Shown: in pieces, positions 50,219-59,980 of the stretch
Numbering within the stretch: position 1 is the stretch's first letter
Layout of the letters: each line of letters starts with the position of its first letter
Source: Candidatus Poribacteria bacterium
GTDB lineage: Bacteria > Poribacteria > WGA-4E > WGA-3G
Direction: 5' to 3'
DNA: 64,000 nucleotides
Assembly: GCA_964291315.2 (NCBI GenBank)
Contig: OZ219753.1
Coordinates: forward strand, 1,952,001 to 2,016,000
Notes under the pieces: generated by a model
Seen by the model: the letters and a program-made list of their open reading frames with translations, nothing else
Told to the model about the DNA's origin: nothing
Databases searched by the model: none
Position numbers and translations under genes: made by a program

Positions 50219-50438
50219 CGGTTCCCCCTTTTAGGAGCAGGTAATGCATGGCACAATATTAATTTGCATGCCCCTATACTACATTGACATTGCGCGGTCG
50301 AAACCTCGCCTACGATTATTGCACTCTATTTGGCGTTAACTGGCTCAATTTGATACTCAGACTAGTGCTTCATAGATTATCTTTATCTCTGTATAGTCTA
50401 TTTTAGCACATTTCTCAGAACTTGTCAAACATTTTTCG

Positions 50439-52052
50439 CTATCGCCAAATAGCCAACTTTTCCAGATAGGTGTGCGTTTCTCCTCCCGCTATTACTGTGA
50501 TGTGGCACACATAAATTCCCGGAGACACGGCTAAACCGTAAGAAGTCTGCTGATTCCACCACGTTCGCCAAACACCCGGATTTAACCGATCGGAGACACC
50601 CTCAATCCGCTTTATCAGATTACCCTCTGAATCATAAATTAACACCTTTAGGTCGGTTATATCTACGTTTGCTTCGACACGGAATTCGGTTAAACGGTCT
50701 GAACGCGCAGGATTGGGGAATACCATCACTGCTTTCCACGCAAATGCTTGGCTTAACATAACGGATTCTGCAACCGAAACTGCACCCAATGGATAGCGTG
50801 CTATTGCCTGAAGTGTGTTCACTCCAGGCTGAAGAGGGACCGTTGCAGTGTAGGTCCGCGTTTCTCGGTTGAGTGATGCTTCTGCTCGACTCGGATGAAT
50901 AACGATGTCAATTGGAAAAACGGAATAAAACGTTCCGGTAATCTCCAACTCACTTTCCTGAGTTGTTAGCGGAAGCTGTAACGTTATCTGTGGTGGCTGC
51001 CGCGCCGGATGAAACATATCCGTGAGAAGAGTATCCACCGTAACAAGCACAAGCTGCGTTACCTTTCTCACCAGACTGAAATTTACCTTATCAGCAGTAT
51101 CGGCAGACGTGTGATAAAACGGGTTAGCCTCGTAATTTTGCGAAGCCCGCCACGGAGTGGAACTCTCAGTTAACGTAACCGCATTGTAACCGTTATCCCA
51201 AAACGGTTTATGGGAGGAAAAATCAACGAATTCATCCTGGGTCCGACGGACTTTCAAAGCAAGGTCATACCATGCATTCGCGATTATCAGCGCGCGGCCC
51301 ATCCACGCAGAATCATTATTGGTAACAATTTCAACCAAATCGCTTTTCCAATTGAAACCGAGCATGTCTAAGTTAAAAACGCCCACAATATTTTCACGTT
51401 GACGCTTGATATCTGCCCCACTCCTTCGCCCTATAGCAGATATCTCTTGAACATAGTAACGACTGCCGAGAAAGCCGAGCTCCTCACCACCCAACGCCAC
51501 AAATCTTAACTCATGTTCGTATTCATATTGACTTAAGATATTTGCAATCTCCAGCATCGCAGCGACACCTGTGCCGTTGTTATTCGCTCCCGGTGCCGCA
51601 GAAGCTAAAGGGTTCCAATTCGGTTCCCTTCCCGCTTGTGTATCGTAATGCGCACAGATAACAAAGACGCGGTTACTAGATGAAGTCTGGCGTGGCGGTA
51701 GAACAGCTACTATATTTTTAATACCACCAAAAGTCTGTTCCCTAACCTCCATACGTGGGGAACGCAAAAACTCGTTCGTAATATACCGTACCACATTCTC
51801 TGTCGCTTCGCGATGGTGTGTGCTGCGCGTTCGAAGGGCCTGTAAATTACGGACTGACGCAAAATTTTCTTGCAACGCTGTTACCCGCGCTTCAAGAGCT
51901 TCAGATTGCACTAACGTGAGTAGTTCATCACCTCTGAGCAAAAAAGTATCATCCGCTGCTTTTGTAGTAGAAATGAGGATACATAACGAAATAAGAAAAA
52001 GGGCGCACCTACTTATTTGAATTCGCCAGCAACCTCTTAATTGGCTTGACAT
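50439..52052 (-). CDS. M28-family peptidase homologue with FlgD/T9SS-like C-terminal domain
   Basis: CAHYDT, PGANNNGTG, GEELG, NLDM and YHT..D motifs; C-terminal FPNP...W...SPGIY. Confidence 0.85.
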   Translation of the reverse strand: MSSQLRGCWRIQISRCALFLISLCILISTTKAADDTFLLRGDELLTLVQSEALEARVTALQENFASVRNLQALRTRSTHHREATENVVRYITNEFLRSPRMEVREQTFGGIKNIVAVLPPRQTSSSNRVFVICAHYDTQAGREPNWNPLASAAPGANNNGTGVAAMLEIANILSQYEYEHELRFVALGGEELGFLGSRYYVQEISAIGRRSGADIKRQRENIVGVFNLDMLGFNWKSDLVEIVTNNDSAWMGRALIIANAWYDLALKVRRTQDEFVDFSSHKPFWDNGYNAVTLTESSTPWRASQNYEANPFYHTSADTADKVNFSLVRKVTQLVLVTVDTLLTDMFHPARQPPQITLQLPLTTQESELEITGTFYSVFPIDIVIHPSRAEASLNRETRTYTATVPLQPGVNTLQAIARYPLGAVSVAESVMLSQAFAWKAVMVFPNPARSDRLTEFRVEANVDITDLKVLIYDSEGNLIKRIEGVSDRLNPGVWRTWWNQQTSYGLAVSPGIYVCHITVIAGGETHTYLEKLAIWR

Positions 52053-52231
52053 AAAAATAAAAATCTTGTACCCTATTTAACAGTTTCTTTTATTTTACTA
52101 GAATTTACTGCGATTGTAAACAGAGATAACGTTGTCTTTCCGGTATTTAGTTCTATGCAGTTTTCGTTTAAATATTGTGAAATAGGGCGGGGTTTGGAAA
52201 TCCTCCCCACAAAATACGGAGATAGACGAAA

Positions 52232-53185
52232 ATGCCAGCGAATTTACCGCCAACCTACTATAAGCTCAAACACCAACATGAAGCCGCTAAAACAGATGAA
52301 GAACGCCTCGATTTGTTAGAGGAAATGCTACGCATCATTCCTAAACACAAAGGTTCAGAAAAAGTGGTTTCCGACATCCGGCACCGTATCGCTAAAATCA
52401 AACGGGGCACAGCAACCACAAGTGGCAAAAGTGCAGGCAAGAGAAGCTATAGTGATCATATTCCAAAGCAAGGGGCCGGACAGGTAGTCCTTCTTGGGCC
52501 TCCAAATGCTGGCAAATCACAGTTACTTGCGAATTGGACAAACGCCAAGCCAGAGGTTTCACCAACACCTTATACAACAACAGCACCAACAGTCGGAATG
52601 CTGCCCTATGAAAATATACAATTCCAGATCATTGATACGCCCTCAATTACGTCGGACTTCGTTTTGCCGACAGTACTGACACTCACCCGCAACGCAGATC
52701 TACCTCTACCCGTTATAAGTCTCGCTAGTGATAATCTATTGGACGACCTTGATGTAATCGTAGCACTTCTTGATAACGCAGACCGTGAGACACATGAGAA
52801 CCAAACCCTTATTGTTGCAAATCAACTTGACGCTGCAGGAGCGACGGAAAGGTTAGATATTCTCAAAGAATTTTATGGAGACGTATTTCGGTTTTGCCCA
52901 GTTTCTGCCGAGACCGACGATGGCAAGGATGCTCTATTGCAAGAAATCTATACGGAATTGGACATCTTGCGCGTCTACCCTAAGGCACCAGGAAAACCGA
53001 CAGACCATGATGAACCGATCGTGCTCTCAACCGGAGCAACTGTGCTTGAGGCAGCACGGAGTTTACACAAAGACTTTGCTGAATTTAAGTTCGCACGAAT
53101 ATGGGGCCCCAAATGGCACAACGGACAATCCGTCAGTCGCAACGATGTGCTTTACGATGGAGACGTGGTTGAATTCCATCTGTAA
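52232..53185 (+). CDS. DRG/OBG-like GTPase with C-terminal TGS domain
   Basis: MPANLPP, PKHKGSEK, GPPNAGKS, PYTT, IDTP; C-terminal HKDF..FARIWG...L.DGDVVEFH. Confidence 0.88.
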   Translation: MPANLPPTYYKLKHQHEAAKTDEERLDLLEEMLRIIPKHKGSEKVVSDIRHRIAKIKRGTATTSGKSAGKRSYSDHIPKQGAGQVVLLGPPNAGKSQLLANWTNAKPEVSPTPYTTTAPTVGMLPYENIQFQIIDTPSITSDFVLPTVLTLTRNADLPLPVISLASDNLLDDLDVIVALLDNADRETHENQTLIVANQLDAAGATERLDILKEFYGDVFRFCPVSAETDDGKDALLQEIYTELDILRVYPKAPGKPTDHDEPIVLSTGATVLEAARSLHKDFAEFKFARIWGPKWHNGQSVSRNDVLYDGDVVEFHL

Positions 53186-53214
53186 TTCTTCTGAAAAAGA
53201 GGACTTGTAAATAA

Positions 53215-54768
53215 ATGTTGAGACCAAAAACGATGTCTCCATATTTCATATTCTCCGTCCTTATACACCTAGCACTGTTATTGGTCATATGGCAGACAAC
53301 CGCTAAGCCAGGCCGACTTCCACCCTTTTACCCCAAAATAGAAGCTTTGATCACACACATCAAGCAACCCTTACCGCCTCCCAAGCCGCTTGTTATTGAA
53401 CCAGCCGTCCCTATTGTGGTAGAAGAAACCGAGCCGCCGCTGCCCAAACCCAAACCCGCTTTAAACACAACTTGGCAAATAGGGAAACGAGAGACAGCGG
53501 AGGTTCCAAAAATTGAAACACACAAACGGAAAGGACTAAATCGCCCGCGAGAATCTACCGGGACTGCTCTGTTTCAGTCTAATCCGGGCGTCCGGAGACG
53601 GACTGAAAACACCATAGCAGTGAATATCCCTAATCAAGCGATAGCTCGACCATCGCCCCCAGAACCAGACTATATGGCTCCACAGGGCGAAACGAAACCT
53701 ATTGCTTTAGACGCGAACGATGTCCTAAGTGATAGCTCCCCCACGGTCAATGCCCCAAAGATTCACTACGGCAGCCAGCGCGGGGACGCTCTCCAAGCCA
53801 CAGGAATCGGAAACTCTTGGGGCGGCAGCAGCACTACTAGTACTGTGAATGTTGGAGGCGTTTTTGTCGAAATGATGAAGGACCTTTCTCGGACATTGGT
53901 TGACGCAAGCACAACAGCCAAAGTTGATGTCGTTTTCGTTATCGATGAAACCGAAAGCATGCTAGACAATATCCGAGGTATCCGCGCCTATGTGGATTTC
54001 CTATTTGAAGCGTTCGAACGTGAAGGACATGACGCTAATTTTGGACTAGTAACATTCACGGATAAGACAAGGAAATTTGGACAAACTGACAACCTCGGAA
54101 CGTTCAAAAACTGGCTTTTTGACATCAAGGTTGACGGCGGCGGCGACATCGCCGAAGCTGGGCTAGATGCAATTATGACTGCCGTGAAAGAAATGAAATT
54201 CCGAAAAGGCGCGCAACGATTCATTGTGTTGGCGAGTGACGCTGCCTTCCACGACGCCGACTACGATGGGAAATCTGTCTATAGTTTGGATCACGTTATT
54301 GAAACACTACAAAATAGGCAAACCCGAGTCGATGTTATCGGGCTTGATTATCTGCCGATTCGACAGATCGCATTAGCAACCGGGGGAACCTGGCGCGCTA
54401 TCCCCGGCCGGGGCTACCTTGAATATATCCCGCCGTTAACGCTAACCGTTAAGTTGTTTTCTAAATTAGGAACGCTTAACCTTCAAACAGGACGGATTGA
54501 TGACAAGATAACCGTTTTTATTACTAATCCGCCACGCCCGAAACGACTCACCTTGACATGGAAAGTGCTGAATCCCCTGGGCGAAAGGGTGTACGGCCCC
54601 TTTAACGAAGAGAAAATTATTCAAGATGACGGCTCAACTCAAATAGTATTAACACCGAAAATTAATACTGAACTGTTTCATACGCTGCCAGGCGTTTACA
54701 CCATCATTTATCGACTCGAAAACGAGCACGGGCATCAAAGCATCTTGCGGCGTACATTGACTTTCTAA
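53215..54768 (+). CDS. Membrane-anchored vWA-domain protein with Pro-rich linker
   Basis: TonB-like SVLIH anchor; DVVFVIDETESM MIDAS, GGGD.AE and SDAAFH motifs. Confidence 0.8.
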   Translation: MLRPKTMSPYFIFSVLIHLALLLVIWQTTAKPGRLPPFYPKIEALITHIKQPLPPPKPLVIEPAVPIVVEETEPPLPKPKPALNTTWQIGKRETAEVPKIETHKRKGLNRPRESTGTALFQSNPGVRRRTENTIAVNIPNQAIARPSPPEPDYMAPQGETKPIALDANDVLSDSSPTVNAPKIHYGSQRGDALQATGIGNSWGGSSTTSTVNVGGVFVEMMKDLSRTLVDASTTAKVDVVFVIDETESMLDNIRGIRAYVDFLFEAFEREGHDANFGLVTFTDKTRKFGQTDNLGTFKNWLFDIKVDGGGDIAEAGLDAIMTAVKEMKFRKGAQRFIVLASDAAFHDADYDGKSVYSLDHVIETLQNRQTRVDVIGLDYLPIRQIALATGGTWRAIPGRGYLEYIPPLTLTVKLFSKLGTLNLQTGRIDDKITVFITNPPRPKRLTLTWKVLNPLGERVYGPFNEEKIIQDDGSTQIVLTPKINTELFHTLPGVYTIIYRLENEHGHQSILRRTLTF

Positions 54769-54944
54769 TTTTTTAATTAGTATCTCAAAGACAATATGAA
54801 CCGTAATAATATCGACCGCTTTTGACTAAGAAATAGACTTTATGTTTCAGATACTCTTGTAACTGAAGAAAAAAGTCTGCAATCTCAAAAAAAATGATAT
54901 AATAGACATCTGAAGGTATGTTCAGTTGGAGTGCGGAATTGAAA

Positions 54945-56141
54945 ATGAAAGACGTGATCTTTGAACAGTGTCGGCGTAATTTTGACGACATCGTTGCTAT
55001 CCGACGGGATATTCACCAATATCCTGAACTGGGTTTTGATGTGCATCGCACCGCCAGTATTGCTGCGGACGCGTTGCGTGCGCTTGACATTCCTACTAGA
55101 ACCGGTATTGGTAAAACAGGGATCATCGGGGACTTGGAAATAGCAGGTGCCTCAAAACGTATTGCACTCCGGGCGGACATGGACGCGCTTCCTATTCAAG
55201 AACTAACGGATGCTCCTTATAAATCGAAGATTGACGGCAAAGCACACCTATGTGGACACGACGCACACACTGCAATGCTCATCGGTGCAGCTCGAATCCT
55301 TTCACACCTCCGAGAGGACCTCAAAACGCACGTTAGATTTATCTTCCAACCAAGTGAAGAAGCCTTACCCGGCGGCGCCTCCGCGATGATAGCCGACGGG
55401 GCACTGGAGAATGTAGACGAAATTTATGGGATACATGTCTTCCCGCTTTATGCTGTTGGCGAATATGCAACATGTGTCGGTCCAATGCTCGCGCAATCGG
55501 ACACCTTCCAAATTACAATCACCGGCAGAGGTGGACACGCTGCATTCCCACATCTTACTATTGACCCGATCGTTATTGGTGCCCAGTTTGTGACGGCGGC
55601 ACAAGCGATTGTCGCTAGAAATGTCAATCCGCTAGACTCGGCTGTTATTAGCGTTACGCAATTGCACGGTGGAGATGCCAACCTGAAAAATGGGCTTGCA
55701 GGCGCTGCTCTTAATGCCATTCCAACTGAAATGCTCATAGGTGGAACGGTACGCACGCTTCAAGCATCAGTACAGAAAAGCTTACGTGGACAATTAGAAC
55801 AGCTCCTCACCGGCTTGGTAAATGCTCACGAGGCAACTTACGCTTACACATATCAAGAGGGATATCCTGTAACATACAACCACGAACCTTGTGTCAACAC
55901 CGCCTTATCGGTAGCAAGAGAACTGGTTGGTGAACACAATCTCATATTCCCAATGTCCCCGATATTAGGGGGAGAAGATTTCGGCTACTATTCACAGAAA
56001 ATTCCGGCATGTTTCGTCATGGTAGGTGCAGGAAATCACAGAAAAGGCATCGTGAATATGTGCCATCATCCACAATTTGATATTGACGAAAATTGCATGA
56101 TTTACGGTATGGCACTGCTTGTAAGTCTCGTTACACATTAA
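54945..56141 (+). CDS. M20D family amidohydrolase
   Basis: RRDIHQYPELGF, LRADMDALP, HLCGHDAH, FQPSEE, GGHAA.PH, GEDF and HHPQFD motifs. Confidence 0.94.
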   Translation: MKDVIFEQCRRNFDDIVAIRRDIHQYPELGFDVHRTASIAADALRALDIPTRTGIGKTGIIGDLEIAGASKRIALRADMDALPIQELTDAPYKSKIDGKAHLCGHDAHTAMLIGAARILSHLREDLKTHVRFIFQPSEEALPGGASAMIADGALENVDEIYGIHVFPLYAVGEYATCVGPMLAQSDTFQITITGRGGHAAFPHLTIDPIVIGAQFVTAAQAIVARNVNPLDSAVISVTQLHGGDANLKNGLAGAALNAIPTEMLIGGTVRTLQASVQKSLRGQLEQLLTGLVNAHEATYAYTYQEGYPVTYNHEPCVNTALSVARELVGEHNLIFPMSPILGGEDFGYYSQKIPACFVMVGAGNHRKGIVNMCHHPQFDIDENCMIYGMALLVSLVTH

Positions 56142-56194
56142 ACATTCGCCAAAAAAACGCCTGTCTATACGACACAGGCTCCAGAACACAATAC

Positions 56195-58516
56195 ATGGAT
56201 CTCATGATGCAAAGATTGTTCAGTTATCTTTTTCTCTTAACGTTATCGTTTCCTATTCTAATCGTAGCCTCTCGGTATACCTCCGCACAGGTCGAGCTCA
56301 TACCAAACAATCCCATGGCAATTCGTACATTGGATCCTATTGAAACCGCACACGACTATTTTCATGAAAGACAATACGCGGAAGCGATTAAGGCATACGA
56401 AGAATTGCTTGAGAACGGTATTCCAAAAGCAAACAATACTTATAAACCGCTTCGGCAGAACCAGAAGAGTTCTATCCGATTAATGCTTGCGAAAAGTTAC
56501 GCTGAAGTTGGCGAGGATCCCGCTGCAAAGCGTATCTTTAGAGAAATTGTTGCCGAGAATCCGGATGGATCTTATGCCACACAGGCGGTTCATTGTTTAG
56601 GCAATCTCTACTGGCAACGTTATCAGTTCAGGCAAGCGATTTTAGAATGCCGGCAGATTTTAAAACAGTACCCTAATACGACCGCTGCTGCTACAGCCGC
56701 CTATCTTGTAGCACAATACCAAGACACAGAAGGCAAAACCGAAGAAGCAATAGAAAGTTATAAGTACTTCCTCGACAATTTTTCCGGTTCTCCGTATCGC
56801 ACAAGCGCGGTGAATAACCTAATTCGACTTTATATCGCCGATGCACGTTATGCAGAAGGCGAAAAACTCATTCAAAAGCGATTACAAAGTTCACCAAGAG
56901 ATCTCACGCTATTAGAACAGCTAGCAGAACTTTACCAACAGCAAGGCGAGTCTCCAAGGGCAATTGAACTCTATCGTCAGGCGATTGGAGAAGATCCAGG
57001 TAATACCAAACTTCACAGAAAATTAGGTGATCTCTACGCGAAGATCGGCGAAACTACGCAAGCCATGACCGAATGGAAAAAAATAGTGGCAAATGAGACA
57101 AACCAATCAGACCGCCATCAACAACTCGGGGCAATCTATCTCTCTCATAAAATGTATAGAGAAGCAATTGCAGCCTATCAACAAGCTATCCGCTTGACTC
57201 CTCAAAATGTCTACCTTTATACCCAGTTGGCAGCAGCATACAAAATTCAAGGGCAAAATGAACACGCTGCGGATGTTTATGTTAACGGCTTGCAACACGT
57301 TGGACTAGCAGAGAACCAACGTGAACCAATCTGGGAAGCAATGCTCGATATTTATGAAGGCACACACCATAAAGCACTGCAAGATAAACTTATCCTACAA
57401 CTACAAAAACAGCATTTACAGAAACCACAAAATCCAAACGTTACCATGACGTTAGGAGAACTCCTTTTCCATGCGGGCAAAACATCAGAAGCACTCGAAA
57501 TGTTTGGGCAACTCCACCAAAGTCATCCGACCTACACTGACATCGCCTTGGAGAAGTACGCCCAGGTATTAGAGCGTAATGCCAGCTCACAAGCCGAAAA
57601 TTTCTACAAGGCACTCATAAACGGCTCCGAAAATAGAACACGCGTCAGAAATGCCCATGTGAAACTCGCACTATTCTACAAAAAAACAGAACAGTGGGGT
57701 AATGCGATCGCACTTCTGAAGGAACTTGTCAAAAATCGTGAGGCTTCTACCCAAAACAGGCTGCTACTCGGGCAACTGCAATTACACGGCACGCGAGAGC
57801 CCAAAGCCGCACAAATGACGTTTCAACCATTGATAACGCAACGCTTAGGCACTCAACAATTGATAGAAGCACAGTTGGGTTTAGGTGAGTGTCATATCCT
57901 ACTGAAACGCTACATGCTTGCCCGAAAAACACTGGAACCCATTGCCAACAAAGCCAATCGTTACCAAGCAACAGCTCGAAAACTAGTGGGTGATTCTTAC
58001 TTCTTCTCCGCAGACTTCGATCAGGCCCTCAAGGAATATAATCGGGTCGTTCAAATATCAAAATCTGACCAACTCACAAACGATGCACTTGAAAAAATAG
58101 TCCTTATTCAGAACCATCAGGACTATCTCAAAATCCCCCTCACAGATTATGCCACTTCCCTGCAACTCTATCTCAGCGGGAAAACAGAAGCAGCACTAGA
58201 GCAGTGCGATCGGATACTAGAACTCTATCCGCAAGCCACTATTATTGATGATATATGGCTTCTCATAGGTAATATCTACCGTGAAACGACAAAAAATACC
58301 GAAGCAGTCAATGCCTACCAGCACGTCATTGACCTCGAAAGTCCGCTTGCCCCAAAAGCACTCGTAAACATTGCTGAAATTTATCGACAGCAACGCGATC
58401 TAACTAATGCCGCCGCAACCTACACAATGCTCATCACAGACTATCCCGAAAATGTTATTGTTGTCCACGCGCGACAGCAACTTGACGAGATCACCAAGCT
58501 GCAAACCAAAAGATAG
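56195..58516 (+). CDS. Exported TPR-repeat protein
   Basis: Signal peptide followed by many TPRs (A..Y..L...YP). Confidence 0.85.
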   Translation: MDLMMQRLFSYLFLLTLSFPILIVASRYTSAQVELIPNNPMAIRTLDPIETAHDYFHERQYAEAIKAYEELLENGIPKANNTYKPLRQNQKSSIRLMLAKSYAEVGEDPAAKRIFREIVAENPDGSYATQAVHCLGNLYWQRYQFRQAILECRQILKQYPNTTAAATAAYLVAQYQDTEGKTEEAIESYKYFLDNFSGSPYRTSAVNNLIRLYIADARYAEGEKLIQKRLQSSPRDLTLLEQLAELYQQQGESPRAIELYRQAIGEDPGNTKLHRKLGDLYAKIGETTQAMTEWKKIVANETNQSDRHQQLGAIYLSHKMYREAIAAYQQAIRLTPQNVYLYTQLAAAYKIQGQNEHAADVYVNGLQHVGLAENQREPIWEAMLDIYEGTHHKALQDKLILQLQKQHLQKPQNPNVTMTLGELLFHAGKTSEALEMFGQLHQSHPTYTDIALEKYAQVLERNASSQAENFYKALINGSENRTRVRNAHVKLALFYKKTEQWGNAIALLKELVKNREASTQNRLLLGQLQLHGTREPKAAQMTFQPLITQRLGTQQLIEAQLGLGECHILLKRYMLARKTLEPIANKANRYQATARKLVGDSYFFSADFDQALKEYNRVVQISKSDQLTNDALEKIVLIQNHQDYLKIPLTDYATSLQLYLSGKTEAALEQCDRILELYPQATIIDDIWLLIGNIYRETTKNTEAVNAYQHVIDLESPLAPKALVNIAEIYRQQRDLTNAAATYTMLITDYPENVIVVHARQQLDEITKLQTKR

Positions 58517-58635
58517 GCACAATCCAGTTTTTTCTTGCCGATTTGCCCGAAGTGCGCTATACTTAACACAAGGTCGATACTATACTATCAAATCGGATAA
58601 TTTCTACCCGTTTCGCACTGTGAAAGGACAATTAG

Positions 58636-59925
58636 ATGGTTCAACCCAACACACCACGCGCTTTTCATGTGATGACAAAGCCGATCGGTCCGATATGCAA
58701 CCTAGATTGCGAATACTGCTTCTATCTTGAAAAAGAAGAACTCTACCCCGAAACGCGCTCTTTCCGCATGACCGACGCAATTTTGGAAAACTACGTCAAA
58801 CAATACATTGAAGCACAGCAGATCAACGAAGTTACGTTCGCATGGCAGGGCGGCGAACCTACGCTCATGGGTGTGGATTTCTTCCGAAAAGCGGTTCGGT
58901 ATCAGCAGAAATATAAACGCCCCGGCATGCACATTCAGAACTCTTTTCAGACCAACGCGACACTCCTCGACGACGAATGGGCGGAATTTTTCAAGCGAAA
59001 CAAATTCTTGATCGGGGTCAGTATCGACGGGCCTCCAGAAATACACGACAAATATCGCTACGACAAACGCGGCAGACCATCCTCCGAACAGGTAATTCGC
59101 GGATTGCGCATCTTGCAGAAGCACAAAGTAAATTACAATGTGCTGTGTGTCGTCAATAAACACAACGCCGAATACCCGAAAGAGATCTACAACTACTTCA
59201 AAGGTCTAGGCGTAGAGTTCATTCAGTTTATCCCTGCTGTCGAACACTTCGGTGGAAAAAATGTGTCCCCGCGCTCTGTTACAGCACAGCAATATGGCAA
59301 ATTCCTATGCACAATTTTCGATGAATGGGTCGTGAGTGACATCGGAAAAATTTTTATCCAGATTTTCGACGTCGCCTTAGAAGCCTGGTTGGGTTACAAC
59401 CCCAGTCTTTGCGTTTTCAATGAAACGTGTGGTGATGCCCTTGCAATTGAGCATAACGGGGATCTCTACTCCTGTGACCACTTCGTTACATCTGACTATC
59501 ACATTGGTAACATATCGGACAACACCATCGCGGAGATGGTAGATTCACCACTCCAGCGCAAATTCGGCACAGATAAACGGGACACGCTTCCAGAATACTG
59601 CCGGCGCTGTGAGGTCAAGTTCGCCTGTAATGGAGGCTGCCCTAAGAACCGTTTTATCAAAACCCCCACCGGTGAAGACGGATTAAACTATCTCTGTGCC
59701 GGTTATAAACAATTTTTCAACCACATTGACGCACCTATGAAGATGATGGCTTCTGCACTGCAAATGGAACAACCGGCAAATAGTATTATGCCGATCATGC
59801 GGCAACGTCAGGAAGAAAAAAGAGGACTGGTCCGCTCAACAACCTCACGAAAAATTGGGCGCAATTCGCCCTGCTCATGCGGCAGTGGGCGTAAATACAA
59901 GCAATGCTGCCTGAACAAAAAGTAA
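58636..59925 (+). CDS. Anaerobic sulfatase maturase (radical SAM/SPASM) with C-terminal SEC-C motif
   Basis: KPIGPICNLDCEYCFY, WQGGEP, YSCDHFV, C..C.....C.GGCPK and GRNSPCSCGSGRKYKQCC motifs. Confidence 0.95.
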   Translation: MVQPNTPRAFHVMTKPIGPICNLDCEYCFYLEKEELYPETRSFRMTDAILENYVKQYIEAQQINEVTFAWQGGEPTLMGVDFFRKAVRYQQKYKRPGMHIQNSFQTNATLLDDEWAEFFKRNKFLIGVSIDGPPEIHDKYRYDKRGRPSSEQVIRGLRILQKHKVNYNVLCVVNKHNAEYPKEIYNYFKGLGVEFIQFIPAVEHFGGKNVSPRSVTAQQYGKFLCTIFDEWVVSDIGKIFIQIFDVALEAWLGYNPSLCVFNETCGDALAIEHNGDLYSCDHFVTSDYHIGNISDNTIAEMVDSPLQRKFGTDKRDTLPEYCRRCEVKFACNGGCPKNRFIKTPTGEDGLNYLCAGYKQFFNHIDAPMKMMASALQMEQPANSIMPIMRQRQEEKRGLVRSTTSRKIGRNSPCSCGSGRKYKQCCLNKK

Positions 59926-59980
59926 CTCTGCCCGCGGTAGAAGCACTTTCCTAAAACAGGAACAATTGACCTGAAAGCAA

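Noticed and set aside
50403-50429. CIRCE (HrcA) operator upstream of the HtrA gene
   Set aside because: Only a TTAGCAC half-site; it is better explained as the - strand -10/-35 promoter (TTGACA...TGCTAAAAT).
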